Of a DNA stretch of 64,000 nt, positions 27,510-40,900 are shown one piece after another. The stretch is from the human T2T-CHM13v2.0 reference genome, Homo sapiens. Position 1 is the first letter of the stretch; each line of letters starts with the position of its first letter. The notes under the pieces were generated by a model. That model was given only the letters and a program-made list of their open reading frames with translations. It did not search any database and had not been told where the DNA came from. The translations under genes and the position numbers were made by a program. Where the stretch lies: NCBI RefSeq assembly GCF_009914755.1, contig NC_060926.1; one strand, given 5' to 3'.

Positions 27510-28310
27510 CTGGCATACCTCACAAAATATTCTTCAGAACCTTAGAGACTTTATAAATACACATGTAAAATAATCTACATATATTCTGTTTCTCAAGTAA
27601 ATTTATGTGTACTGCCTCTTCCAGTGATGACAGACATCATAACTGACAAAGACACTCTTTCCTTCTGAGCCAAAACACTGTCTCACCATCATGCTAAGCA
27701 ATGCTCTCCAGGCATCATTAATAAACCCTAAGTTTTTCATGTGGAAGAAAATTATTTTCCAAATACTACTTCCTCATACTATTATCTAGCATAATCATCG
27801 TGATAATATTAAACAGAAACTTGCCTAAAAATACAAAACCAAAATAATGAAGATGTCTTATAGGATCACTTGATGAAGCCTCTTAATTTAACTACGTATA
27901 ATACAAAGAAAAATGTTTCCTATCATTTTTACACTATTACTTTATCTTAAAAAAAGATCATTATGAAAAAACTCAAGCAACACAGAATAATACAAACAGT
28001 ACATCAAGAACTACCCTCATTTCCCATTACCCAGAAATTGAAACTCAACATTTGCTGGAGATCATTCTGGATATCTCTGTCTTCCTATATTTGCATGGGC
28101 TGATAGATGAATAGACAGAATTATTCATAAAAATAAAAAATTTCAAAGACAGAACATAATGCACATGTGTTTCAATAAATGACATTTTGTTTTATTTGAA
28201 TCACAGAAAAAAAGAATAAAATTGAAATAGTGGTTAAATATCTAGTAAATGTTTATTCACCTATGAGAATTTTTTTATCATTTCCTAAAAGATATTTATA
28301 TTTTATTTAC

Positions 28311-28472
28311 TTTTTAGAGATGAGATCTCAGTAGGTTTCCCAGGCTGGAGTGCAGTGGCTATTCACAGGCATGATCACGTGCATAACAGCCTCTAACTCC
28401 CCAAGCTCAAGCAGTCCTCTTGCCCCAGTCTCCCAAGTAACCGGACTATTGGCATGTGACATTGTGTCCAGC
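28311..28472 (-). mobile_element. FAM (fossil Alu monomer)
   Basis: Single monomer that keeps the 7SL-derived ggagtgcagtggctattcacaggc segment absent from dimeric Alus. Confidence 0.85.
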
Positions 28473-28699
28473 TCATTTAAGAAATTTTTAAAGGACACTT
28501 TTAAAATAAAATAAAAATCATTTGGGTGTTAGGAACATTTGTGTTTGGTAATTACGCATTTCAACTTGAGCAGTAGGTTTGTCTCCCTGCTAAGAAAAAT
28601 AATAAATTCAATTAAATATTCTTACACAAGCTGGCCTCATATTTTTTTATTTTTGTTAGTTGTAGATGTATTTTTAAATTGTCAGCATGGTTGAGAGTA

Positions 28700-29470
28700 T
28701 ATTAATAGCATATTGTATATTTAGTCTTGATTTTATATTTTAAATAACTCCAGGTTCACTCTCAGCTCTTGTCATAAAGCCTCCAGTGTTCAGTTCTTTA
28801 TTTTATTTCATTTCATGATTGGTTGAATTTCATCTTCAAATAGCACCCTTTTATTTTTTTTTTCAAAAAGGATTATTGGTGTCAGTTCGGTGCCTTTGAA
28901 GTTAAAGAAAACCTCATCTGATGATAAAATTCTTGAGACATTCTTTCCTTCAGATCTTTGTTGACATTGATCTCCTGTCTACAGGAATTTAGTATTGTGG
29001 TGGAGAAGACAAAGCCAAGATAATATTGGTCTTTTTAGGTGATTCGTTTTTCTGCTTAATTGCTCATAGTTTAGCCTTGAAATTAAATGACTTCACCAGA
29101 ATTGACTTTATCAGTCTTTGTTTTGTTTTTGTTTTTCCAAACTGGAAATGAAAGCTCTTTAGATCTGTAGACTTGCATTGTGAATTCAGAAAACATTTCT
29201 TCTAATATATTTGAACAGGTATCTTTTTTCTTCTCCCTTTTCAGCTTTATTCTTCAGAAGAACCCATTTTTGTATGTTGGATCTCTTTTATCTAGTGTCC
29301 AATCATTGTAATTTCTATGTACCATTGTTTATTTCACTTCATTTTATATAATTTTCTCAAATCTGCCTCTACAACCTGATGATCTAATGTTTTGTTTACT
29401 GAAATATATCTTTCACCTCTATAATGGTATTATTTTTCCCTTTTCAATCTTTCTTACAGTCTACCAGCTC
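28700..29470 (-). mobile_element. HAL1/ancient L1 ORF1-like fragment
   Basis: gtggagaagacaaagcc...aggtgattcgtttttctgc...ccttgaaattaaatgacttcaccag...ctttagatctgtagac. Confidence 0.55.
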
Positions 29471-30088
29471 ACTTTTATTTTTTGTGGTATAATTTACATG
29501 AAAAAAAGTCAGCCATTACTGTTGTATGAGTGTTAAAAAATGTATAAATGTGTGTTACCACCACTACACACAGCAAAAGACAGAATCATCTTGAGCACAT
29601 TCAAAGTTCCTATGAACCCCTTTGTAGGCAATCTACTTTCCCATCCTAAGGCCTTGGCAACCACTAAACTTTTTTGATTAGATAGTTTTGTTTTTTCCAA
29701 AATACCACATAAATGAAATGGTACAGAATATGATGTTGAGTCTTGTTTCTTTTACTTAGCATACTACATTTTTAATACAACAATATTGCTTTGTTCAGCA
29801 ATATTGTTCTTCTTTAATATCTGTTCTTCTTTAATGCTGAATAATATTCCATTGCATGAATGTAACAGTTGTTCGTTTAATCCACTCATCAACTGAAGGA
29901 CATTTAGATTATTGCCATTTGTTGGTGATTATGAATAAAGCCTTAAAAACATGCAGTGCACATACAGCTTTTCGTGTGAATATGACTTTTTATCTTTGTC
30001 ATATAATGAATAGTGAGATTGTTAAACTCTATGCTAAATGTAACTTTATCTATATATATAAAATTTTTATAAAGCTTTTAAATAAGAG

Positions 30089-30230
30089 TTAGGAGATATA
30101 CCTAATGCTAAATGACGAGTTAATGGATGCAGCACACCAGCATGGCACATGTATACATATGTAACTAACCTGCACATTGTGCACATGTACCCTAAAACTA
30201 TATAATAATAATAAAATAATTAAAAAAAAA
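30089..30230 (+). mobile_element. Short young L1PA (PA2-4-like) 3' end
   Basis: ttaggagatatacctaatgctaaatgacgagttaatg...gcacattgtgcacatgtaccctaaaac plus A tail. Short TSD aagagtt on both sides. Confidence 0.95.
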
Positions 30231-30886
30231 GAGTTTGTAAAACTTTATACAAACTACTAAACTCTTTTCCTGAGTGGTCAAACCATTCTGCATTTTCACC
30301 AGCAATGTATGAGCCCGTCATTTCACATTCTCACCAGCAGCTGGTATTGTCAGTTTTTAGAACTCCATCGTAATTGGTGTATAGTGGTATCTCATTGTAG
30401 TTTTAAGTTGTATTTCCTTAATGACTAACCATGTTGATTTTCTTTTTATGTGTTTATTTGCTCTCTACATACGTATCTCATCTTTGGTTAAATGTCTGTT
30501 CAAATCCTTTTCCCATTGCTTTTACCTGGATATTTGATTTCGTATCGTTTATGTTTGAGTGTTCTCTGTATAGTCTGAATATATATGCAGAGGTATTTTC
30601 CATGAATATTTTCTCAAAATTTATGTATTTACTTTTCCTTCTATTAACAATGTTGTTCAAAGAACAGCAGGTTTTAAGTGTGATGATGTCTAAATATTAT
30701 TTTTTCTTCCATTTATCATATTTTTGGTGTCATATCTAAAAACTATTTGCCTTCTTCAATGTCAAAAATACCATTTTCTCTGTTTCCTTTTGGATGTTTT
30801 ATAGTTTTAGGCTTTACGTTTTGGTGTATAATTCCTTGGAGTTAATTTTTGTATTTGATGCGGGTATAGGAAAATGTTCTTTGCCT

Positions 30887-31191
<305 letters not shown>

Positions 31192-31717
31192 AGTTATTTG
31201 TCTTTAGTTGCATGTAGACGTCCAATTGTTCCAGCTCCTTCTGTTGAAAAGACTCTTTTTATATATAATTACTTTTTTTCACCTTTTTCACCTTTTTCAC
31301 CTTTGTCTTTTTGAATTTCTTTCATCAGTGTTTTATAGTTTTCACCACAGAGGTCTTGTGCATATTTTGATAGATTTTTTATTTAAATATTTCATTTTGT
31401 GTTACTGTCATTAATAATTTTTTAAATTTTCCATTCTCAACTCTTATCACTGCTGTATAGAAATTCGATTTATTTTTATTCATTTTGTGTTCTGTGATCC
31501 TGCTAAACTCATTTATTATTTCTAGTAGCTTTTTTGAGATTGTTATTTTCTAAATATGCAACAATGTCATCTGTGAATACAGACAGTATTTTAGTCATTC
31601 CTTTTCAATTTGTATGGCTTTTATTCTTTTATCTTGCTTTATTTTAGTCTCTGGTCATCTTCAATAAAATGATAGAGTTGCTATATTGATATATGTTCCA
31701 CATCTCTCTATATATTA

Positions 31718-31743
31718 CACACACACACACACGCACACACACG
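31718..31743. repeat. (CA)n microsatellite
   Basis: Read directly from the sequence. Confidence 0.95.
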
Positions 31744-31797
31744 AGTGCGTGTGTATGTCAACCAGCTCAATTTGAATTTCAGATAAACAACACATAA

Positions 31798-32095
<298 letters not shown>

Positions 32096-32460
32096 ACACC
32101 TAATTTTTATTACAAGTATATCCCAACTATTACATGGGACATACTTTTACTAACTTTTTATTTATGATTAAAATTTAAAGGTATTTTCTGTGTTTTCTAT
32201 GGCAACCCTAAACAGTGGTGGTGACATAAACACATCAATATTAGCACCCCTATAAAAAAAGAAAAATTCAGATTGCTCCTGAATCACTGCTTCTCGTGCC
32301 TGTATGCTCACAAATGGTAAACTCACTGGCTGAAGTTCATATGAAATATTTTCATGATTCTTTTTTTCCCTCTGTTTCAAAACAGAATATCTGAAAATGT
32401 TGTTTAAATCTCAGTCAAGTCCCAAAAGTCAACATTAAACTTAGGCTCATAAAAACAACT

Positions 32461-32800
32461 TTTCCTCCTCCTCCAGCGCCTCAGTCTCCTCCTCTGCCGC
32501 CTCCTCCCGCTCTTCCTCTGCCTCCTCTGCCGCCTGCCCCTCCCCCGCCGCCTCTCCCTCCCCCTCCCCCGCCGCCACTTCCCCCTCTCATGCCGCCGCC
32601 TCCCCCTCTCCCGCCTCCGCCTCCTCCCGCCTCCGCCTCCTCCCGCCTCCGCCTCCTCCTCCGCCTCCTCCTCCTCCTCCTCCTCCTCCGCCTCCTCCTC
32701 CTCCTCCTCCGCTTCTGGCTTCTCCTCCTTCTTCTCAGGCTCATCACAACAACTTTTACACCTCCTCCTCCTCCTTTTCTTCTTCTTCTTCTTCTTTTTT
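32461..32800. repeat. Pyrimidine-strand, CpG-rich (CCT)n/(CCG)n/(CCGCCT)n low-complexity tract grading into (CTT)n
   Basis: Read directly; almost all G residues in the tract occur in CpG or GC steps. Confidence 0.97.
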
Positions 32801-33074
32801 TTTTTTTATGGCGTCTCGCCCAGCCTGGAGTGCAGAGGCAGTCTTGGCTCACTGCAACCTCCACCTCCGGGGTTCAACTGATTTTCCCGCCTCAGCCTGC
32901 TGAGTAGCTGGGATTACAGGCACCCTCATCAAGTCCGGCTAATTTTTGTATTTTTAGTAGAGACAGGGTTTCACCATGTTGGCTAGGCTGGTCTTGACCT
33001 CCTGACCTCGGGTGATCCTCCTGCCTCGGCCTCCCAAAATGCTGGGATTACAGGCGTGAGCCACCACGCACGGC
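32795..33074 (-). mobile_element. AluS with small internal deletions
   Basis: Poly-T, then ggcgtctcgcccagcctggagtgcag...gagccaccacgcacggc. Confidence 0.95.
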
Positions 33075-33243
33075 TTCTGTTGTTCGTTGAAATCATCATT
33101 TTTCTAATGTCCTCATTCTCTGCTGGCTAGTTTAAGGGCTGATTCAAAAAATAAATTTTCACACTGTGAAATACGCAAGATGAAGAGAACATTTATAAAA
33201 TATCCATACTGTGCATCTCTGAATAATCTTTTCTTCACATCAG

Positions 33244-33319
33244 CGGCAGTACAAATTAGGTGGAGTTTTAAAAGATACTTCAGCAACTTACAGATTACAG
33301 CATGTTATGTATCTTCAAG
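33244..33319 (+). other. Candidate 76-nt internal exon (unverified)
   Basis: Acceptor tcttttcttcacatcag| and consensus donor aag|gtgagt. Two frames are open (e.g. RQYKLGGVLKDTSATYRLQHVMYLQ) but I recognise no protein. Confidence 0.25.
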
Positions 33320-35190
33320 GTGAGTATTCAAAACTATCAAGAGAATACTTTATTTCATCTTTAATGAAGTGGGCTGTTTATTCAAAAAGCTCACAGGGCT
33401 AAATCCTGTAACCTGAGATAATCCGGGTACTAAATCTTTAGATTTGTTTTAACAGATACATATAGTGGGATCAATCATTTAAGAATGTAATCAGTTTCTC
33501 TGCAAATTGTCCTTTGCTTTATTCATTTGCATATATACACTTGTGGTATGGGGATTCAAATTCCTCATTCTCAATTACTATAATGTATTTTGCTGCCCTG
33601 CTGAAAATGTAACATTCATATTACATTTTTCTTGCATAATTTTAATGATCTTATAATGATATGATTAACGTTTAGATAAACTAAATATTTACTAAGAGTA
33701 GGGAAATATAGATGTTAATTTGTTTTGTTCTCTCTTTACTACATTGGAAACTTTGGAGACTTGCTGTTTAATATAAAGATTAGTTCACTCGGTCAAGAAC
33801 TCTTACTTTTGAAAAAAAAATCATGTTTCATTTGTCATTTCCCTCAAACATTGAATAATGGCTTAAATGATGTTAAATTCTCTCAGCAAAGTGGGAACGT
33901 GGGGCTTGGAAGCATTATTAGTTTTTATTAGTTCTAGTTTCATTTAATAAAATTTTGGATTATATAAGTATTTTAAAAAGAATAAGATATTCTTTTCTGC
34001 ACTGGCTGATTTGTGGAGCCAAATGATAATGTACTTATGTTTAATTCTGTCCCAAACCTTAAAAAATGTACCCCCAAATCACTTTACAAGTCATGCAAAT
34101 TGGACTCTTCTGAATGGGTTTCATAGACTTTCCAGAAAAATTTCAAAATGGAGTAGGAATTGAAGAGTACCCTGAATATTCACAATATTTGCATGCTGCC
34201 TGTTGGTCGACATATTAGATAGGACATCCTGCCACCGGGAAGGGAGAGCACCAAGCGTGGAGCGGTTCTATTCTTCACTTCTTTCTATTATTTTTCAAGC
34301 AATTTGAAAATACCTCATTTGTATGCATTTCCTGAATGTCGTATATGTTAAGATTGGCTACATATAAGAGATCAGCCTCAAACTAAATGACAGCTTTGCC
34401 AATATAAGAATTGATCCAAATCCTTCTATGAAAAACAAAAATTGCATTTAATGAAAAGTTAAGTGCCTAGTTTTATCCATCTGTAATTGGAAATGGAATT
34501 AAAACAAATTGCTACAAACAAGGAGTTGTAGTAAAAATGTCAACTCAGCATTACATTTTTTTTTTCCCTGAGATACCACCATCCACTCATAAGTGGAATC
34601 ATCTGTATTGAAGGAGCTGAGGGGAATGACAGAGGAGTGGAGAGGAATGCTTTCTGATAAATCAACTACAGACTCAACATGAATCATCAAATTTAATAAT
34701 TTAAAGATTCATGAAGAAATAAGTGATGCCAAATGTGCTTTAAGAAAAATATCTGTTTAAATGATACTAATGGTAAGGCAGAATATAGCAGGGTGAACCA
34801 CACTGATAATATTAAATTACCCCAAGAGGTTCCCTAGTCAGAATCCCTATGCAGAAATCTGCTTGCCAACTGTCGTTCCTTTTCCCATTGGTTTAGTTAA
34901 GGGTTGAAGTTCTTCTTGAAGTTTCTTTTTTAATCATCAGATCCCGACCTTACAGTTTTTGCTGACTACTTTCCTTCAGGCTGTCTTTGCTCCTGTCAAT
35001 TTAGGATTTCCAGGGAATTATTCTTCTTTGAAATGCATATTCCAGGCTTGCAATGCTGGCATATGTACACTGTAGAGTAATTGTGGAGGCCAAATGTTTA
35101 ATTACACATGACAGCTGGAGCTGTAGGAGTCCGAGGCTTGCTTGAAAACAACGTATGCCCTATGCAGCCTTAAGAGAAGGAACACAGTTT

Positions 35191-35220
35191 ACACACACAC
35201 ACACATACACATACACACAC
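35191..35220. repeat. (CA)n microsatellite, interrupted
   Basis: Read directly from the sequence. Confidence 0.95.
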
Positions 35221-35919
35221 ATTTCGTTCCACATTTTGTCCACTACATTTTTAAGAAAAATAAAATCAGCTACAGCTTTAATAGAAGTTCAACTATTCAC
35301 ACTTGAATATATTTAAGTAAGCAATATAAAAGCCTTTTTTCCTCAAATCCAACCACGCATTTTTACCAAAAATGCAGCTAAAAATTCTGGAAGACCTTTT
35401 CTTCCCCTGTGAAGGGTTTGAAGATAACATGTGGTTTAGGAAAATAAGTGGTATAAAGACAAACTATAGCTCATGGGAACACACTACCAAAGAGTTATTA
35501 ATGAAAACCAATTAAAAAGGCTCAATTGAAAATGTTGAGGGTCACAATTTTCATTATATTGTTACCAGTAAAATATACCCATCTTTTTCATAGTTACAAA
35601 TTAGCATATCTCCAGCACATTTATATACCCACAAGAGGGGAAACAACGTGACATTGTTGCAATGTTATGTTTCACATTCAGGTTAAACATAAATTTTTAA
35701 ATTTCCCTTGGATGTGTTGACACTGAAGATTTAGTAATAGCTATTTCTCCCCAAATATCACCCATTGAACATCCGTAGATGATCATGGAGCAGTCCTTGA
35801 ATGTTTTGATAGTAAGAATACTAATGGCTTTCAGTTTCCAGGATTGTATTGCGAATTTTAAATGCTTATTGAATCCTCGTAACCAATCTTCCCACACGTT
35901 CTGACTTTAGGACTTTTTT

Positions 35920-36030
35920 GGTCCCCATTTTCCTGGTAAGAAAATACATGTCCGGATAGGTTAAGAAATTTGCTGAGGTAACATAAAAATCAGTGGTAGG
36001 GCTGTAATCCCAGAGGCCAGGTTTCTCTAT
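35920..36030 (-). mobile_element. MIR fragment
   Basis: ccccattttcctggtaagaaaa...ggttaagaaatttgctgaggtaacata...agtggtagggctg. Confidence 0.55.
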
Positions 36031-36110
36031 ACACCTTATTATATTGCCTTCAGTATTTATTTCTGTCTTTTTGCATTTGTCAATGAAATGGAATATTTAC
36101 AATGTGTGTG

Positions 36111-36142
<32 letters not shown>

Positions 36143-36314
36143 TTATAATGTTAACTACCCAAAATAAGTGCTTAAATGCCTCTGAATGGGCCTAGCACAT
36201 GATCCAAAAACAACAAGCCTGGCTTGATTATTTTAACTTTGAGTCTGTAATACAAAAGAAGAAGGGCATCCATACCTTGTTTTACAAAGCTAGAAGAGTC
36301 AGAGGAAGGAATAA

Positions 36315-36645
<331 letters not shown>

Positions 36646-38879
36646 TGAGGTGTAGTTTAGATTATCTATGGCTAGAAAACAAAACACATATAAAGTAGAG
36701 ATTCGGCTAATATGGGCAAGTAAGCGTCATGTCGAATCCACTTTCCACTTCCTTCAATAGAAATATCTTCTTATTTTTTAATTCATTTTCCATTTTTAAT
36801 GTTTTTCTGGGCATATTTTACTTCCAAAGAAATGCTTTACATACATCTAGGAATTTTCTAGATATCTGTGAAGGACCGATGCCTCTTTTCCCCATTGTCA
36901 CTGTAGCTTTGCTGGGCCACCAAGAGCGGCACCACTTTGTCTTCATTCTGCCATACAGTACTTACCAGTTTGTGTCATACCAAACAAGGCTTTCTTTCTA
37001 CCTTTGTCAAGAAACAAATAACAACAGCTATCTTTATCAATTTTTAATGAGAATGTATCACCCCTGCAGTTCAAGCTAAAAGAGAACAGGATGAACTATA
37101 ACAATGAGAGCTTTCAGGGACTAGCTCTGGGTAGAATTGGAAAGGCACTTTCTCTCATCGTTTCCTAATTGAGTAAAGGTAAATGACATCCTGGCACTGT
37201 CTGCAATGCACTTGGAAATCATGGTTTGGCATCAAATTGCAGAGCTTACCTACAAAATGAAGCATTTATTTAATTTTAAAACAGTAGAAAATCTATGACA
37301 TTTACTCATTTGCCAACTCTAAAATATAAAAATGTGAAATCACGTCAAATTGTTCAATATCATTTTAAAATGTATTCCATTTGTGTAATTGTATTGAGGC
37401 CACCTGGTATCTCAAAGTTTTTGAGTAATTTCTTTTATTTTTTTGCAACTGGAAATAGTTTTCTTTAATTTTTTTTAAAGAGTCTTCAAATATTTAGTTA
37501 TTTGCTTTATTTTAAAGTTAGGGTTCAAATATGTTAATACTAAATTAATAGGTCAACAATGGTTTAAACTTTATTGTATACTTTAGATAAGGTCTCATCT
37601 GTTTTTTGTGCTGTTAAGAGATGAATCTTTTAGTTACAGCTCTCTCGGTGCCACTTGTGAAGACCTCAACCAGGAATGGTGTTTGGTATTGGAAATAAGA
37701 GACTTGAAACCATTTTGTGGGACAAATTTTGATAAAAGGAAATTAATTTTTTAGAAAAAGCTTCATTTATAAGATATTATTATCACCAAGAAGGGAGAAA
37801 TTGTCTTTCTAATTGCAGGAACTGAGATTTAAACCTTCAAAGACCATCACCAAATCTAACTTGATTTAGCTCATAGTAGAACAAACAGCAAAGAAACAAA
37901 TTTCCCCATCAAAATATTCTTCTACCCTGAGCAGTGTTGGAAAATTAGGCTGATAAGGAAGGAAGGAAGATAAGCAGGGTCATTACCATGATGAGCAGTT
38001 TCTTTAAGCTAACGACAAAGCCAAGCTGGGAATTTCTTGGTTTTTTTTAAGAAGGTTGATATTTTGTAGTTAGCGGTGAATTTTTATGACATAGTTGACC
38101 AATTTGAGTAATTAAGCCAATCTTCCTTCCCTAATTTTTCTTCCAAATTGTCCAAATGAAACTAAAAATTTTCTGGATCATGTAGACAAAATACCTAGTT
38201 GGGTTTGGTTTTACTTACCCAACCAGCAGAATCAGACAGACCTTCCTGGAAGTTCTCTCCTATTTACTGCATTATTTTTACTGTCTCTATCTCCCCACTC
38301 TAGTGCCTTTGTTCATAGCCATACATTCCATGACAAATAACTGTACTTCTGGATAAAAACTTGAAAACTAATACATATTTGATCTGTATATTAAGTAATT
38401 GAGTATATAAAAATAAAACTGATTTTGGTGGGCTTTTTAAATAAATTTTTGAAATTCAGGCAATAAATTTTAATGTCTTCTATTTGAGAAATATAAAATG
38501 CATCTTCATAAAAATTTACTTAGTAGAAAATACAAAGTCAAGTGGTATAGAATCACATGAAGATAATTTAAATTCTATGACTTAAAATAATGCCTTTGCA
38601 ATTATAGAATTGGTTTTCAATTGGTTGAGTCATTGAAAATAATTAGGCTGAGAGAGAAATGTTTGCGAAGTTTTTTGTTTGTTTGTTTTCTAAACTTCTT
38701 CGTAAATTAACTGCACAACGGTAAATTCCACGTATATACAAAGATTTCTAGTCATGAGACTGAATTGTCAATGTGTAAGGGATATTGCACAATGTGTAAG
38801 GGGTATTAGAAAAATTGATAACTGTGGAGTAAAAAATATCTTTTGCCTTTGTTTCAGCAATTTTAAGCCAAGTAAATGC

Positions 38880-38975
38880 TAAACCTTTGGCAAGTCAGTT
38901 AACTTTTCTGTGACATGTTTTGCACATCTGTGAAATGAAAAATATAAGTGCCAATCATTTAGAGTTCCTTCCACT
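38880..38975 (+). mobile_element. MIR/MIR3 fragment
   Basis: acctttggcaagtcagttaacttttctgtg...catctgtgaaatga. Confidence 0.55.
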
Positions 38976-39328
38976 GAAACCCAGGTAGTATTCACTTCTA
39001 CCTTTTCCCTCTGAAACTAAATTGCTAAGCTTTGGGAGTAATCAGGAGTCTTAATCCTATTGTTTCTCTAGCATAGCTTAGCATCCTTTTCAGATGGTCT
39101 GTTTATGGTCCCACTGAGGCGGGGGTCTGCTTCCCTTAGTCTGAAGTGATCAGGAAGCATAATCCCATCCTTTTCCCCTGGCTGCCTTGTTTACTCAGCC
39201 TCCAGCATGAGTAAGGTAGTACAGGCAGTGAATTTTAGAACTACTGGAGGCCAATGAAGGGAGGTCTGTGCAAGGAGGCATTTCTTTTGGATACCGCCTT
39301 CCATGCTAAGTTAACTCTCCTCCCTTGG

Positions 39329-39697
39329 TGTCTTAGTCCATCTGGGTGGCTATAACAAAACACCATAAACTAGGTGGCTTATAAACAATTGAAATATATC
39401 TATCTCTCTCACAGTTCTCACAGCTGGAAGTCCAAGATCAAGGTGCTAGCACATTGGGCGTCTGGTGTGGGCCCTCTTCCTGGTTCATAGACAGCCATCT
39501 TATTTCTGGGTACTCACATGGTAAAAGGTGAGGGAGCTCTCTGGGGTCCCTTTAATAAGGACACTAATCCCATTCATGAAGTCTCCACCATTATCACCTA
39601 ATCACTCCCCAAAGGAGCCACCTCCAAATGACGTAACATTGGAGGTGAGGTTTCAACATGTCAATTTTGGAGAAACACAAACATTCAGAGCATAACA
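39329..39697 (-). mobile_element. MLT1A0-type MaLR solo LTR
   Basis: tgtcttagtccatctgggtggctataacaaaa...ggaagtccaagatcaaggtg...acacaaacattcagagcataaca. Confidence 0.9.
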
Positions 39698-40338
39698 CTG
39701 AGATTCCTACCTAGAAATTCTGTACTCCCCTCTTCAAGTGACTCTCACTGATCAGTCCCCTCATGAAAACTCTAGGCCCTCAACAGAAGGAGATCTCCAG
39801 GCTTGGTTCCCTCCTGGGTCCTAGTGCGAGGGAGCCCAGATGCTTGCACCTGTCTAAACACAGCCACTGGGGCAGTTGAGATATTCTAACCCATTGGACT
39901 TGGAAATGAGTGTTCCATTTTCAGTTCACCCTTCCAACCAGCAGTAAGTGGCAGGAATATGGGGCTGCTGGTTGCCTTGCTCAGTGACCTGTTAAGAAAA
40001 CACAACATTTGAAAAACTTAATTTTTCTTTAAGTCAATAAACTCTCATGGACAAATAGGTATCCATGATTGCAGTGATGTACTTTGTCTTATTAACCCTT
40101 TGGTGGCCTGATGACATCAAATGCACACATACAGGAGCAAAACTAAATTGCTCTTATTGTGCCACCAGCTCTTGGTAAATTCTATTTAATTAGCACCTAT
40201 ATCTCATCCTCCCCCTCTACCGGGGGAGGTTGTCGGGCTTTCCAGCCACATTTTCATACTTTGCCATTGTGCATGGGCATAATAAAAGTGTTGCACAAGT
40301 GAGACATTATTGCTATGGAAATGAGGGCTAGTTTGCAT

Positions 40339-40523
40339 CTGCATTTCTTCAAATCTATGATGCCATCATTGTAAAATATATAGCATTATTGTGAGCACCA
40401 ATAAGACACAACAGCAAAACAATGATGCCATTAACTCTGATAAAACAGTGATTTTAAAATACATCCCAATTGCAGAGACGCTCAAATGTGAAAAAGTATG
40501 CATCCTAGACTCTATAAAACATA
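40339..40523. mobile_element. MER104-like TcMar-Tc2 MITE
   Basis: catttcttcaaatctatgatgccatc...catcccaattgcagagacgctcaaatgtgaaaaagtatgcatcctagactc. Confidence 0.7.
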
Positions 40524-40857
40524 ACAAATAGAAAAAATATATATGCATTTACCTAAGGGGTTGTAACAAAGTAGAATTAAAAGGCATATATGCATTTCTT
40601 AACAAGTAACACAAGTAATTATTGCAACACAATATAACGTAAGTTAGGTTCCAATGTGTCAATCAAGTTCACATAGTCCTTTTAGCTTTCTTTCTGAGGT
40701 TGGCTAACTAATTTGCATATAATATCATTTTGAATTTTTTCCATTTTAACACCATTTGTCTTAACTTCTTTTCCTGAGTTAGGCTCACTTTTGGATTTAA
40801 GACCTCTTGAACTTACTTTTTAAAAGTTGTTTTTTAGTGGAAAAAAATGATGTATGG

Positions 40858-40900
40858 TGTGTGTGTGTGTATGTGTGTGTGTGCTTGTGCATACGTGTGT
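40858..40900. repeat. (TG)n microsatellite, interrupted
   Basis: Read directly from the sequence. Confidence 0.9.

Noticed and set aside
32481-32907. Poly-Arg/Gly and poly-Pro/Leu ORFs
   Set aside because: Low-complexity triplet repeat plus Alu read-through; no coding evidence.
32461-33074. Possible SVA element (C/T-rich hexamers next to an antisense Alu)
   Set aside because: No (CCCTCT)n array, VNTR or SINE-R, and the Alu is a standard dimer with a poly-T tail.
36910-36935. CTCF-like gggccaccaagagcggcacc
   Set aside because: Core spacing does not fit the motif; too many mismatches.
38769-38810. Short tandem duplications (also near 9001, 25563, 29800 and 56298)
   Set aside because: Ordinary slippage duplications of 15-30 bp.
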